Shown: positions 41,286-52,941 of the stretch, one piece after another
Numbering within the stretch: position 1 is the first letter of the stretch
Layout of the letters: every line of letters begins with the position of its first letter
Assembly: GCF_009914755.1 (NCBI RefSeq)
Contig: NC_060928.1
Reading direction: 5' to 3' (one strand)
Origin: the human T2T-CHM13v2.0 reference genome, Homo sapiens
Length of the DNA: 64,000 bases
Program-made: the position numbers and the translations under genes
The notes under the pieces: generated by a model
Seen by the model: the letters and a program-made list of their open reading frames with translations, nothing else
Told to the model about the DNA's origin: nothing
Databases searched by the model: none

Positions 41286-42619
41286 CTTACAGATATGTTC
41301 AAACATGCAAAATGACACATGTACAAAGTTATTCATTGCAAAAAATACAAATTGAAACTATATTGCACAGAATGCTGTCATCTACATATATTTTTGCATT
41401 TACATATTATATTTAAAGTCCCTAGGTTTTTTTTAAAGAAAAATCAAATTTTTAGCCAATGCTTATGATGAAAAGTGCCTATTATGTGATATTTAGAGTC
41501 AACCTGTATAAAATTATATGGTTCAGGGAAGAATTGCTGGATCGTGTAGCACAGTGGAACTCCAGAATCTGCTTGGACTCTTCAGAATGGGCTGGTGATT
41601 ATAACCAGTCTGACCTCATTATCTGGGCTTCATGTTCCTCATTGGCATTCTAAGAAGAAAATGACAGGGAATCAAAAGGAAAAACTGATAGTGTGTACAG
41701 TGGCACACACATCATCATTACTGCCGAGCTAGTCTGTCCTAAACAACTATAAAAATTCTAAGAAAGTCTCTTTACAAGGGGCTATGGCCATTTATTGTCC
41801 CAGAGACTAGATGGAATCAAAGCTTCCCAAGATACAAGAGAGTTTAAATCTCTAGGGACCTGACACTCATACTCCATAATTGTGACAAGTACACTTTGAC
41901 ATGGCTGTTCACAAACTCATCATGGAGACCTTAAGGATGTTGCTCTTCAATTAATTACATGCTCCCACACAGTTCATAGCTATGACGGGAAGCAGTGATA
42001 CTTCAAATGTTAACATTCCAATGATAGGAAAAAGGTCCATTTTCCCAAAATACTAGACAGTCATATATAATGGAAACTGCAAACCTCCGAAAGTGTGTCT
42101 GCGTGTGGGCAAATAGTAAAATAGCATTGAATACACAATGTCTTCAAACACAGTACACAAGTTTGACAGTTATTCTAACTGCTCTAAAATTCTTTTTATC
42201 AGATTCACTGCTAACATGCATGGAAAATATGATGACAAATTCGAAGATTCCTAAAAGAGAAAAGAAGGCTATATAATACAATCAATTATTACATTGTCTT
42301 TTTTCACAATTCTGTAATAATTGATGGTAATTCAATAGATATTTATCTTTATCTAACTTTATCTTTAAAACTATCCCAAGTTTACTTATTACTGCTACGG
42401 TTTTAAATTGCAGCAGCTGAAATATAGTAGGACAAATGCATAATTTGGAATAAGACTAAATATTGCATTTCACCTTGATCACATCGTCTCTGTGCCCTGA
42501 GCAAATAGTTTAACTTCTCTAACCCTCAATTTTCTCATCTGAAAAAAAAAATGAATCCTCTCTTTCGGACTTTCAAGAAATTTAATTTGGAAGATATAAG
42601 GGAAACATTTGCATCTACT

Positions 42620-42875
42620 ACAGTGTTTCTCAAAGTGTAATGCACCCAGGAATCACCTGGGGATTCTGATTCAGAAGCTCTGCATTGGGTGCTAAAATTT
42701 TCAGCTTCCAGGTGATGCCAGTGCTACTATTCTATTATTGCTGATGTTATCTGGAAGCTGGTTTATAATGCAAAATCTCATGTCCCACCCAATGCCTACT
42801 GAATTTCAATCTTCCTTTTAACAGGATCTCCAGGTAATTTTTATGAACTTTAAAATTTGAATAACATTGATGTAG
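42620..42875. mobile_element. MER5-type hAT MITE relic(s)
   Basis: cagtgtttctcaaagtg...aatcacctgggg...ccaggtgat and ttttaacaggatctccaggtaatt. Confidence 0.6.
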
Positions 42876-44068
42876 CAGTAGATCTTGCTTATTGCTGATA
42901 TGCAGTCGAAAATATTATAAGTTTTGAATCATCACAAGAAAAGTGTGTAGAATATAAATGAATATAATATGTTTTTTCCTCTTCAAAATCTGATTTTGAA
43001 TTATATTTCCCAGGTGTCACCGGAAGCTAAAGAGTGGCCTTGCCTCAGGTCAGGTTTCTACTCCCTGACAGCCTCTCAATTAGCTGCTGTTGTAATGAAA
43101 TTATGCATTGTCAAAAGCCTTTTTGCATCATTTTCTTCACCAAATCTCAAGTTTTAAGTATTTTATATAGAAACTACATAAAATCCAACCCTGCTCTGCC
43201 CATTCCAGTGGCTGCCAGATAGCTGGTTTTCTTTGTGATTTTGGGCTGTTGGTTTTCTAGGAGAGGAGGAGAAGATTAGAGCAAGTTAAAACGCCACAGA
43301 CCTTGCTGCTCTTACTGAGATTCAGCCATTTTTCTTAAGTAAACACTCTCCAGATTGCATCAAGCCATTAGTTAATTTACAGAATTCCAAAATAGTTGAT
43401 TCTGGAGATTTTTGCTAGTTGCTTATATGGTGAAGAGGATTTTTGGAGGTCTTCACTACACCATTCTGGCTGATGTCGCTTAAAATGCCCTGAAGTTTTT
43501 GAATGGTGAACAAAAGTCTTATGGATTTTCATTATCTTGATACATTAGAGAAACCATGCATCCACCTGATTGTATTGGGCTCCATTTACAGATGCCACTA
43601 AAATATCTTGATAGTTTGAGGCAATTATTAGATGAGAGGTCACAGTGACCTCCTCCTAAGAAATATTTCTCAGAATTAAATGTCAAATTTTTAATAAACA
43701 TTGTATTATGATTAAGAGCCCAGGTTTTTAATGAACCCTGGGATCAAGCCCTGGGTCTGGTCCTTAACGTGTAACCTTAATCAAGTTACTTAACCTTTAT
43801 AATACAGTGATAATAACAGTATGTATGTATAGATTTATTTCAAAATTCAATTAAATTACAAAAGCAAAGTGCTTGACACAGTTCATGGCACAAAGTAAAT
43901 GCTCAAGATGTTTTAGCTTCTATTGCTATTATCATAGTTAAGAATATGGTTTGGTACTGATAATAATAATGAATGTTCTCTTGAATGTGTTTCTTTAAGA
44001 GTCACATTGAAATAGAAATAAATAAAAACTGTCTCACTCATGCTACTTTATGTTCTATGCAATTCTAG

Positions 44069-45143
44069 GCACTGTGGTGGTCCAGCAGTTGATGTCAGTG
44101 ATGATTAGCAAACATGATTGCCTCTTTCCCAAAGATGCAGAACTACAAAGCAAGCCCCAAGATGGAGTGAGCAACAACAATGAAATTCAGAAGAAAGCCA
44201 CCATGGGGCAGTTACAGAACAAGGAGAACAATAACACCAAGGACAGCCCTAGTAGGCAGTGCTCCTGGGACAAGTCTGAGTCACCCCAGAGAAGCAGCAT
44301 GAACAATGGATCCCCCACAGCTCTATCAGGCAGCAAAACCAACAGCCCAAAGAACAGTGTTCACAAGCTAGATGTGTCTAGAAGCCCCCCTCTCATGGTC
44401 AAAAAGAACCCAGCCTTTAATAAGGGTAGTGGGATAGTTACCAATGGGTCCTTCAGCAGCAGTAATGCAGAAGGTCTTGAGAAAACCCAAACCACCCCCA
44501 ATGGGAGCCTACAGGCCAGAAGGAGCTCTTCACTGAAGGTATCTGGTACCAAAATGGGCACGCACAGTGTACAGAATGGAACGGTGCGCATGGGCATTTT
44601 GAACAGCGACACACTCGGGAACCCCACAAATGTTCGAAACATGAGCTGGCTGCCAAATGGCTATGTGACCCTGAGGGATAACAAGCAGAAAGAACAAGCT
44701 GGAGAGTTAGGCCAGCACAACAGACTGTCCACCTATGATAATGTCCATCAACAGTTCTCCATGATGAACCTTGATGACAAGCAGAGCATTGACAGTGCTA
44801 CCTGGTCCACTTCCTCCTGTGAAATCTCCCTCCCTGAGAACTCCAACTCCTGTCGCTCTTCTACCACCACCTGCCCAGAGCAAGACTTTTTTGGGGGGAA
44901 CTTTGAGGACCCTGTTTTGGATGGGCCCCCGCAGGACGACCTTTCCCACCCCAGGGACTATGAAAGCAAAAGTGACCACAGGAGTGTGGGAGGTCGAAGT
45001 AGTCGTGCCACCAGTAGCAGTGACAACAGTGAGACATTTGTGGGCAACAGCAGCAGCAACCACAGTGCACTGCACAGTTTAGTTTCCAGCCTGAAACAGG
45101 AAATGACCAAACAGAAGATAGAGTATGAGTCCAGGATAAAGAG
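44069..45143 (+). CDS. ARHGAP24: ARHGAP24 large internal exon (1075 nt): end of GAP domain, Ser/Asn/Pro-rich spacer, start of coiled coil
   Basis: Lies within ORF 44050-45147. Acceptor ttctag|GC and donor AAGAG|gtaagg; 2+357x3+2 nt keeps the frame. Peptide GTVVVQQLMSVMISKHDCLFPK...SSLKQEMTKQKIEYESRIK is recognised as FilGAP. Confidence 0.96.
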
Positions 45144-46706
45144 GTAAGGAAAATCTGGAGGTCGTAACTACCAGAGAGGGCTCAGTAGCCTCCTACTGTG
45201 GGACAGGATCACACTGAGGGTGACATATGCTGGCTCCAAAGTCAAAGAAACACAAGTTTGCTCCATCATTTATGAGCTTTGTGACTGTGTGCAAGTTAGC
45301 TTCATCTCTGTGAGCTTTGATTCCCTAATGTAAACAATTTAAATACTAGTAGTATCTACCTCAAAAGCACATAAGAAGTGATTGAACATTTCCCTGGTAC
45401 AGAATAGGCTCAATAATGTCATCTTTGATTATTATTAAATAGATAGATTTGCATTAGAGGGCTGGAAGGAGAGGGGCTGTGAGGAGATGGACAGAGCATT
45501 AGGAGCCTGTTAGTTTTCACTAACAAGAAAAGGATGAAACTAGGGTAAAAAAAGTAGAAGTAAATAGACCTCCATGTTTTATTCTTTCAATCATTGAATG
45601 TTGAGAGAGTGCCTTCTATCTGCCAGGCTCTGTTCCAGACGCTGAGGATTCAGATGAGCTGAGAGAGGCCATAAGAGCCAGGTGACATAGGGGATTGACA
45701 GGCTGATTTTCAGCCTTTGACTTTTACTCTGAGATAGAAATCCATGGAGGTTTTTGAGAAGAGGGGTGACGTGAAGTATGTTCACATGAATAAGGAAGAC
45801 TGTAGCCTAAATGAGGAAAAAAGAATATGATTTGTAAAGAAGCAATTATGCTAAAACCTAATTATATCAATGTGCATCTTCTCATAAAATGATCAAAGTA
45901 GGAGTAGCTCCTCTAGTGTTCTCAGTCCCAGTTTCAGGCTGTGTGATTTGGACAACCCTTCCTCCATGGTGTGCTAGGATCCTCAGTCGGTTGTTAAGTT
46001 GGCTTTAATTTACCTTAATATGTTTCCTATCCATTCATCAATTATCAGACAAAAAGATAACGTACTTTCAGAAGCTATGGCAAAATAAATATTAAAAAAT
46101 ACTACTTATAAATGAGATTGAAAAATTACTTCCTTGGAAAGTATTTTTTTGGTAAGTTTCACTGAGTGGAATTGTGGTTTGAATTTTTCTATATAATGGA
46201 GAGTGACAGGAGATTTAAAGAAAAATATAGGGTCATTATCTTAAAAGGTTACTCTTCTTTCTGAATGTAGTTTTTGGAACCACTATGTATTGGAATTCTG
46301 AATTACTGCCAATCCATGATGATAAATTAGCATTTCACACTGGGAAGCTTATATTTTGAGGCAAGGGGTCACACTTTAAATGTAGTAGAAAAAGAAAAAA
46401 GTTATCACTATGAATTTGCAGATGGATACATTCATTTCTGAGGATGTTGCTGATGCATATATGTTCTGAGATCTACGGTATATTTCAGAGATTTTGATAA
46501 ACTGATAGAACTTCCCAATAGAGGTCATCTTAATGGGCCATTTCAGTGTCACATTCTTACCCTCATGACAGGCCAAGGGAGAGCTCTGCAGTAGGGTGGA
46601 GGGTGGGGGACCGCTCGTGGCCTAGCCATGAAATTATAGAAAGTTAACTGTTCTGGCTAAATTTTGATCATTTCTGTTTAGAGTTATTCATTTTTCTTTA
46701 AATTCC

Positions 46707-47053
46707 TTTATAACTTTACCCCACAAGCATTGAAGGTAGATGGATGGATAGATAGGTAGGTAGGTAAATAGGTAGGTAGGTAGGTAGGTAGATGATAGAT
46801 AGATAGATAGATGATAGATAGATAGATAGAGAGATAGATAATAGATAGATGATAGATATAGATAGATAGATAGATAGATAGATAATATTTTACTTTGTTT
46901 AATTATCAATAAGATATATGTTTAAATCATTTATAACTTTACCCCACAAGTATTGAGGGTGGATGGATGGATAGGTAGGTAGGTAAATAGGTAGGGAGGT
47001 AGGTAGACAGATAGATAATATTTTACTTTAATTATCAGTCAGTGAGATATATG
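46707..47053 (+). repeat. Tandem duplication of an STR-containing unit (46707-46929 and 46930-~47053)
   Basis: Both copies start tttataactttaccccacaag and contain gataatattttacttt...aattatca...agatatatg. Confidence 0.88.
46737..46883 (+). repeat. Compound tetranucleotide STR (GGAT)n(TAGG)n(GATA)n
   Basis: Directly visible. Confidence 0.95.
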
Positions 47054-47106
47054 GTTTTTAGTTTTGAAACATATATTCTTTTTCCCTCTCCAAATTGGTT
47101 TCTAAC

Positions 47107-47436
47107 TTTTTCTAACTTTTTCTTTTCTTATTTTTTTTTATGTTTTATTTTTTGACAGAGTCTCACTCTGTTGCCCACGCTGGAGAGTGCAGTGATGCAA
47201 TCTTGGCTCACTGCAACCTCTGCCTCCCAAGTTGAAGCGATTCTCCTGCCTCAGCCTCCTGAGTAGCTTGGATTACAGATGCATGCCATCATGACTGGAT
47301 AATTTTTTTTTTTCTTGTGGAGACAGGGGTTTTACCATGTTGGCCAGGCAGCTCTTGAGCTCTTGACCTCAAATGATCCACCCACCTCGGCCTCCCAAAG
47401 TGCTGGGGTTACAGGCATAAGCCATGGCACTCAGCT
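47107..47436 (-). mobile_element. Alu (older, diverged), antisense
   Basis: Alu reverse complement. Flanking repeat GTTTCTAAC at 47098-47106 and 47438-47446. Confidence 0.9.
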
Positions 47437-49959
47437 AGTTTCTAACAATTTTCTTAGGAAATATTGTATTGTGGTCAGAGAAGTTCATCTAGATGATATT
47501 AATTATTTGGTCTATTAAAACTATTCCCTTATTACTGGATTGGGATTCTATATATGACCAAGAGATCAAGTCTGTTAATCAGGCTATTCAAAGCTTCTGT
47601 ATTTCTTCTCATTTTTATCAGCTATATCAATAATTTTTGAGAAAGATACTTTAAAATTTCCTATCAGTATTCTGAGTTTATCAGTTTCTTTTTATAATTT
47701 TGTCATATTTTATATTGAACAATTTGAGGCTCTACTACTAGGTGAATAGAAGTTTGGAGTTGTTCATATCTCCCTGAAGAATTGATCCTTTTATCATTAA
47801 TTAGTGCCTATTTTTCATTGTAATAATGCTTTTTACCTGAAACTCTATTTTTTCTGATATTAATATTGTCCTACCATCTTCCTTTGATTAGTAACTTCCT
47901 GATATGTCTTTTCCTTTATTTAACTTTCAAACTTTGTTTGATGATTTGATCTAACAACTTACATCTTTACAATTCTGGAATATTTTTTTCATCATCTTTT
48001 TGTCTATTTCATCTTCCCACCTTCTCAATTTTCTCTTTCCAGAACCCTTATTAAGCTATGTTTGACCTTGTTAATCTATCCTCTGTCTTTGTTAACTTCT
48101 TTTTTCCATATTAAATTTCTATAATTATCATTTTTGAGGCATTCTAGGTAACTTTTCTCAGACCTGTTTTGTAGCTTACTAATACTCTGATGAGCTAATT
48201 CAATTCTGATACTTCCCCAGGCCCATGATTGGAGATTTTGTAGTCTCTTCTTCATAAAAACAGTTAATGTTCCAAGCTCTCAGTTAAATTACTTGTAGTT
48301 TTCTGCCTGCCTAATACTGGAGGCCTCACCTTCTGTCCCCATGTGAAAAAGAAAAACCTAGACCCAAGCTCTGTGGCCTCTATCCAAGACTAATATCCTT
48401 CGTGTGCTTCTACTTATTGTTCTATATTTCGGTTTCTTCCTTGGTTCTGATGGCTGAAGCTGCTGTTTTATTTTAACCTTGATGATGTATTTTAAAAATA
48501 TATTTCTTAAAACTTTTCCAGCACTTTTATATGTTTGCATTGGGAGGGATTTCTTCTGTATTCAACTTAGTCCTTTTCATTCCTGGAAGTTTCCCACAAG
48601 CACCTGATACATACAAATGTGTCAATATATTGTTTTGTAAGGGTTGTCCTTCTCAGTATTTTAATTTCAATTTCTTCCAAAATTTTGGCTCTAAAATAGC
48701 TTTGGAAAACAAAGAGAATATATTGTAGAATAATTCTGAGTGGAAACCAGCATAGTACCAACTTTTCATGTAAAAATGTGGTCATATGTTTAAAATAGCC
48801 TTCTAAATGATGTAGGATTACAAAATATGAAGTATTATTTTTTAAAATTCTAGTTGCTTACAAAGAGAAGGAAGATTAATTTTTAAGTGTTCTTATTATC
48901 TGGATGAAATATCAACATGTGGGGATCAAATTTTTCAAAGCAGAAACATAATTGAGATTTTAATTTAAAAACTGTTATTAAAATAATCAGATATCTGAGA
49001 GCTACACATGCATTAACCTTTCAAATTTCAGTGGTATGGTAAGTTTGAATGAGTCCCATGGGACTTTTGCTCAGAATAGGAGAAATTAAAAAGTCAGCCG
49101 AGGCCAAGATACATCTTAAATAAAGATGTAACTTTAATACCCCTCTTTTGAATAATATATGTATATGATTTGGATCTTAGTGGTTATGGAGAAAACAGTC
49201 TCTGTTTTTAAAAACGTTACTGCGAATTCTACAATTATCCAAAAGCTATACAAAACAACTATCAATTTATAGAGATATAAAATACCTATGCCCAGAGCTA
49301 TATTAATAACTTGGGAAGCAGTGAGAATTGGGGATGGAAAGGAATGGGCTTTATTTTTACAAAATATGAGATGCAGTGCTTATTTAACACATGTGATCTT
49401 TACCTCTCGTATCAATGTAAGCTCATTACTTTGGGTACTCTTTTATAAGATGGGACTCTATATGCTGCCAAAAACCCCATTCTTAGCAGTGAACTTAACC
49501 AACAATGACATTTTCCTATCACTATTTTTCCTTTTATAGAAGGCAAATGTTATTGCCCTCTTTTTTTTTTTTTTTTGTTAACTATCAGACTTTCCTGCTG
49601 CATTTAGTGTAGTGAACTTTACAATTTAATGTCCAGGAAGCTTTCTGCCTCGTCTGCCCGGCATGTGTTACTGGCTTATCTGTGCTGGCATTCACTTATT
49701 TACTATTAAATGACAGCTGCTTCCAAGAGAGGCCTTGGGACCTAATGACTAAGGTGACAGTAAATCATCTTAGCAAACAGTAAAATAATACAACAAAATT
49801 ACATCCTTTAAATCATTGAAAGGGCTTTATTCCAATTTCCTAAGCATCATAAAGAGTTTAGAAAATATTTGTATGTCTCTTGCATTTCAAGTGAATAAAA
49901 TCACTTTATCTCTTACTCTTGCGTCCCCACCCCCCACCCCCCCCCAACATCCTTTGTAG

Positions 49960-50203
49960 CTTAGAACAGCGAAACTTGACTTTGGAAACAGAAATGATGA
50001 GCCTCCATGATGAACTGGATCAGGAGAGGAAAAAGTTCACAATGATAGAAATAAAAATGCGAAATGCCGAGCGAGCAAAAGAAGATGCCGAGAAAAGAAA
50101 TGACATGCTACAGAAAGAAATGGAGCAGTTTTTTTCCACGTTTGGAGAACTGACAGTGGAACCCAGGAGAACCGAGAGAGGAAACACAATATGGATTCAG
50201 TGA
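49960..50203 (+). CDS. ARHGAP24: ARHGAP24 last coding exon: coiled coil (filamin A-binding region), (S)LEQRNLTLETEMMSLHDELDQERKK...RGNTIWIQ*
   Basis: Acceptor cctttgtag|C, heptad-like E/K/L/M-rich peptide, TGA at 50201-50203. Phase matches the 45143 donor. Confidence 0.96.
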
Positions 50204-52155
50204 GCCTGCTTTCGCCTGCTGTCTCTGATGGCTCTGGCAAGGACTCCAGGGATTCTGGTGGGATATGACTTAGAACCAGGTGGCTGGTCACCTGGATGTA
50301 CAGAAGTCTAACTGGTGAAGGAATATCATTTACAGACATTAAACATCCATATCTGCAATGTGTACCAAAGTTATATCATGCCCCATAATGCTACTGTCAA
50401 GTGTTACAACTGGATATGTGTATATAGAGTAGTTTTTCAAAAGTAAACTAAAAATGAGAAGCATATTTCAAGAATTATTTTATTGCAAGTCTTGTATTTA
50501 AATGTTAAATCAATATGTTGTTGCAATTTAGCTTGCTTTCAAGCTTCACCCCTTGCACTTAACATAAGCTATTTTTGGCATTGTGTTATCATCGGCTTAT
50601 TTTATAGATCAATATTTTTATTTCCCTTTTTTGCTGAGGAAATGAAGATAAGCAAAAATATAAATATATATATAAATATATGAGTTATTAAAATCAGAAG
50701 AATACTTTGTGGCTGTGCTGTTTGTGCCAATAGACTTTGTCATGACCAAAAAGAGAAATGTAAATAGTTTTATAAAATACAGTCGAATCACCAGGAACCT
50801 TTGAGCTGCTTTTAAAATTCTTCCCCTGGCACCACTCAGTTTTGCTTTTGCGAGGCGATTTGACATAGGAACTTTGAGACTCCATGAGAAAGTCCCTTTC
50901 TGAGGCCCACTGTCTACCTTGCCAGATCCTCAGTGCGTATCGCCAATGCAGGATGCTCCTTAGAAAAGAAAAAATGGTAAAGAATGGCATTTAACGATTC
51001 AGGCTTTGAATTACTCTGTCCCTCTGGACCGAATCTCTTTAACTGCTGGATAGTTTTAGAGGAATTCTCCTGCTACTTAGGTACTGGGAAACAATGCTTG
51101 CTAAACCATGCCCACGTGAGCACCTGTCTCCCACTCAAACCTCTCCCATCTCCCAACAACTGCACTTTAGAATACCAGCAGTGAAATGGTATTACTGTTT
51201 CCCTCTGAGTGAAACTGCTAGAGTATATGTCACGTAGTGACATTTTTTTCTCACTCAGGCTATTGCCATCTGGGATTCTCTCCCTACTACAGCTGGCAAA
51301 GTTGGTTTGCAGCAAGAAGATAGTGGGAGGGGGCCAGGCTGCAGGAGAAGGAGAAAAGTTTAGAAGAAACAAACCATTTTGCTTCTAATTTTGACAGTAT
51401 CACTTTCCTGTTAAAACATACAATAATTTTAAAAGGTGAATGCCTAAAGTTCCAATTTTAGCAAATATGGGAACCTCAGCAATGCTAATTTTCTAGAAAA
51501 ACCCAGGGCTCTTTGGAGCTAGAGTTTTGGGAGAACAGTTCTTCACAATAAGGCAATGGTTTTGAGAGGCCAGGCAAATAATCTTTCTCACCGTAGAACA
51601 AAAAGTTACAAAAGGCATAATCGGAAATAGAGACTACATACTTGAGTTTATGGGGTTTGTGTTGTTTGAAGGTTCAATGCTTGCATGTGTTTATTTATTT
51701 TCAAGAGGGAAAGTGGTCTGTACTGCTTTCATCCTTGCCACTGTCTTGCTTTTATTTTTTACTCTCCCACTGAGCAAGCGTCTGTGGTCCTATGGTATCA
51801 ACCAGTATCTTTATAGCAATAATTTCTTTAATTCCCTTTTCTCTCTCTTTCCAATTATTTAACCAGTTACTTCCACCTGGACATACGATAGGAAATTCAA
51901 ACTCAAAATATGAAAATTGATCTTAATAACTCTCCCTTCATATCTTTTCACCTATTTCCAGTCCTTATCATAGTTGATAAAAACCTCAGACTCATCCAGA
52001 AAGCTATATGATGCACTAGTAAAAAAAACAAAGATATTCAAACTGCTTGGGTTCAAATGGTATACAATTTGCCAGCTGTTACTGAACCTTCTATGCATAA
52101 CTTTTTTTTTCCTCTGTGCAATTGGAATAATAAAAATACTACTCCCATAGAGTTG
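50204..52155 (+). other. ARHGAP24: ARHGAP24 3' UTR (~1.9 kb; 3' end approximate)
   Basis: Repeat-poor AU-rich sequence after the stop codon. AATAAA at 52129-52134 is followed by GT-rich gttgttatgtggtctt. Confidence 0.75.
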
Positions 52156-52215
52156 TTATGTGGTCTTAATGAGATAGCTTGGGTTAGGCTGAGCACAGCT
52201 GCTAGTAGAATCCAA
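52035..52215 (+). mobile_element. MIR overlapping the ARHGAP24 3' end
   Basis: ctgcttgggttcaaat...cctctgtgcaattggaataataaaaatactactcccatagagttgttatgtgg...taatgagata follows the MIR core consensus. Confidence 0.7.
52129..52134 (+). terminator. Probable ARHGAP24 polyadenylation signal AATAAA
   Basis: ggaatAATAAAaatact with an upstream T run and a downstream GT-rich element at ~52152-52167. Confidence 0.7.
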
Positions 52216-52220
52216 AAAGG

Positions 52221-52565
<345 letters not shown>

Positions 52566-52580
52566 TTAACGCATATTTTC

Positions 52581-52941
52581 TTTCTTTCTTTCTTTCTTTT
52601 TTTTTGTGGGGGGACAGTCTCACTGTCTCCTTCTGTCACCCAGTCTGGAGTGCAGTGGCATGATCACGGTTCACTGCAGCCTTGACCTCCCTAGGTTCAG
52701 GTGATCCTCCCACCTCAGCCTCCCGAGTAGCTGGGACTGCAGGCATACGCCACCATGCCCAGCTAATTTTTGTATTTTCTTTTGTAGAGACAGGGTTTCG
52801 CCATATTGCCCAGGCTGGTCTCAAACACCTGGGCTGAAGCTGTCTGCCCTCCTCAGCCTCCCAAAAGTTATGCAAGATGCATAGCAATGACGGGTCACTT
52901 AATTTGTCTGGGACTACAAGCGTGAGCCACCGCGCCCAGCC
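52581..52941 (-). mobile_element. AluJ-like, antisense, with an internal foreign insertion
   Basis: tgatcacggttcactgcagccttgacctcc is J-type. TSD AAC(G/T)CATATTTT at ~52568 and ~52942. Confidence 0.88.

Noticed and set aside
44050-45147. Standalone 365-aa single-exon gene, and overlapping ORFs 44361-45082
   Set aside because: It is an internal exon with splice sites at 44069/45143. The overlapping ORFs are shadows of GC-richer coding sequence.
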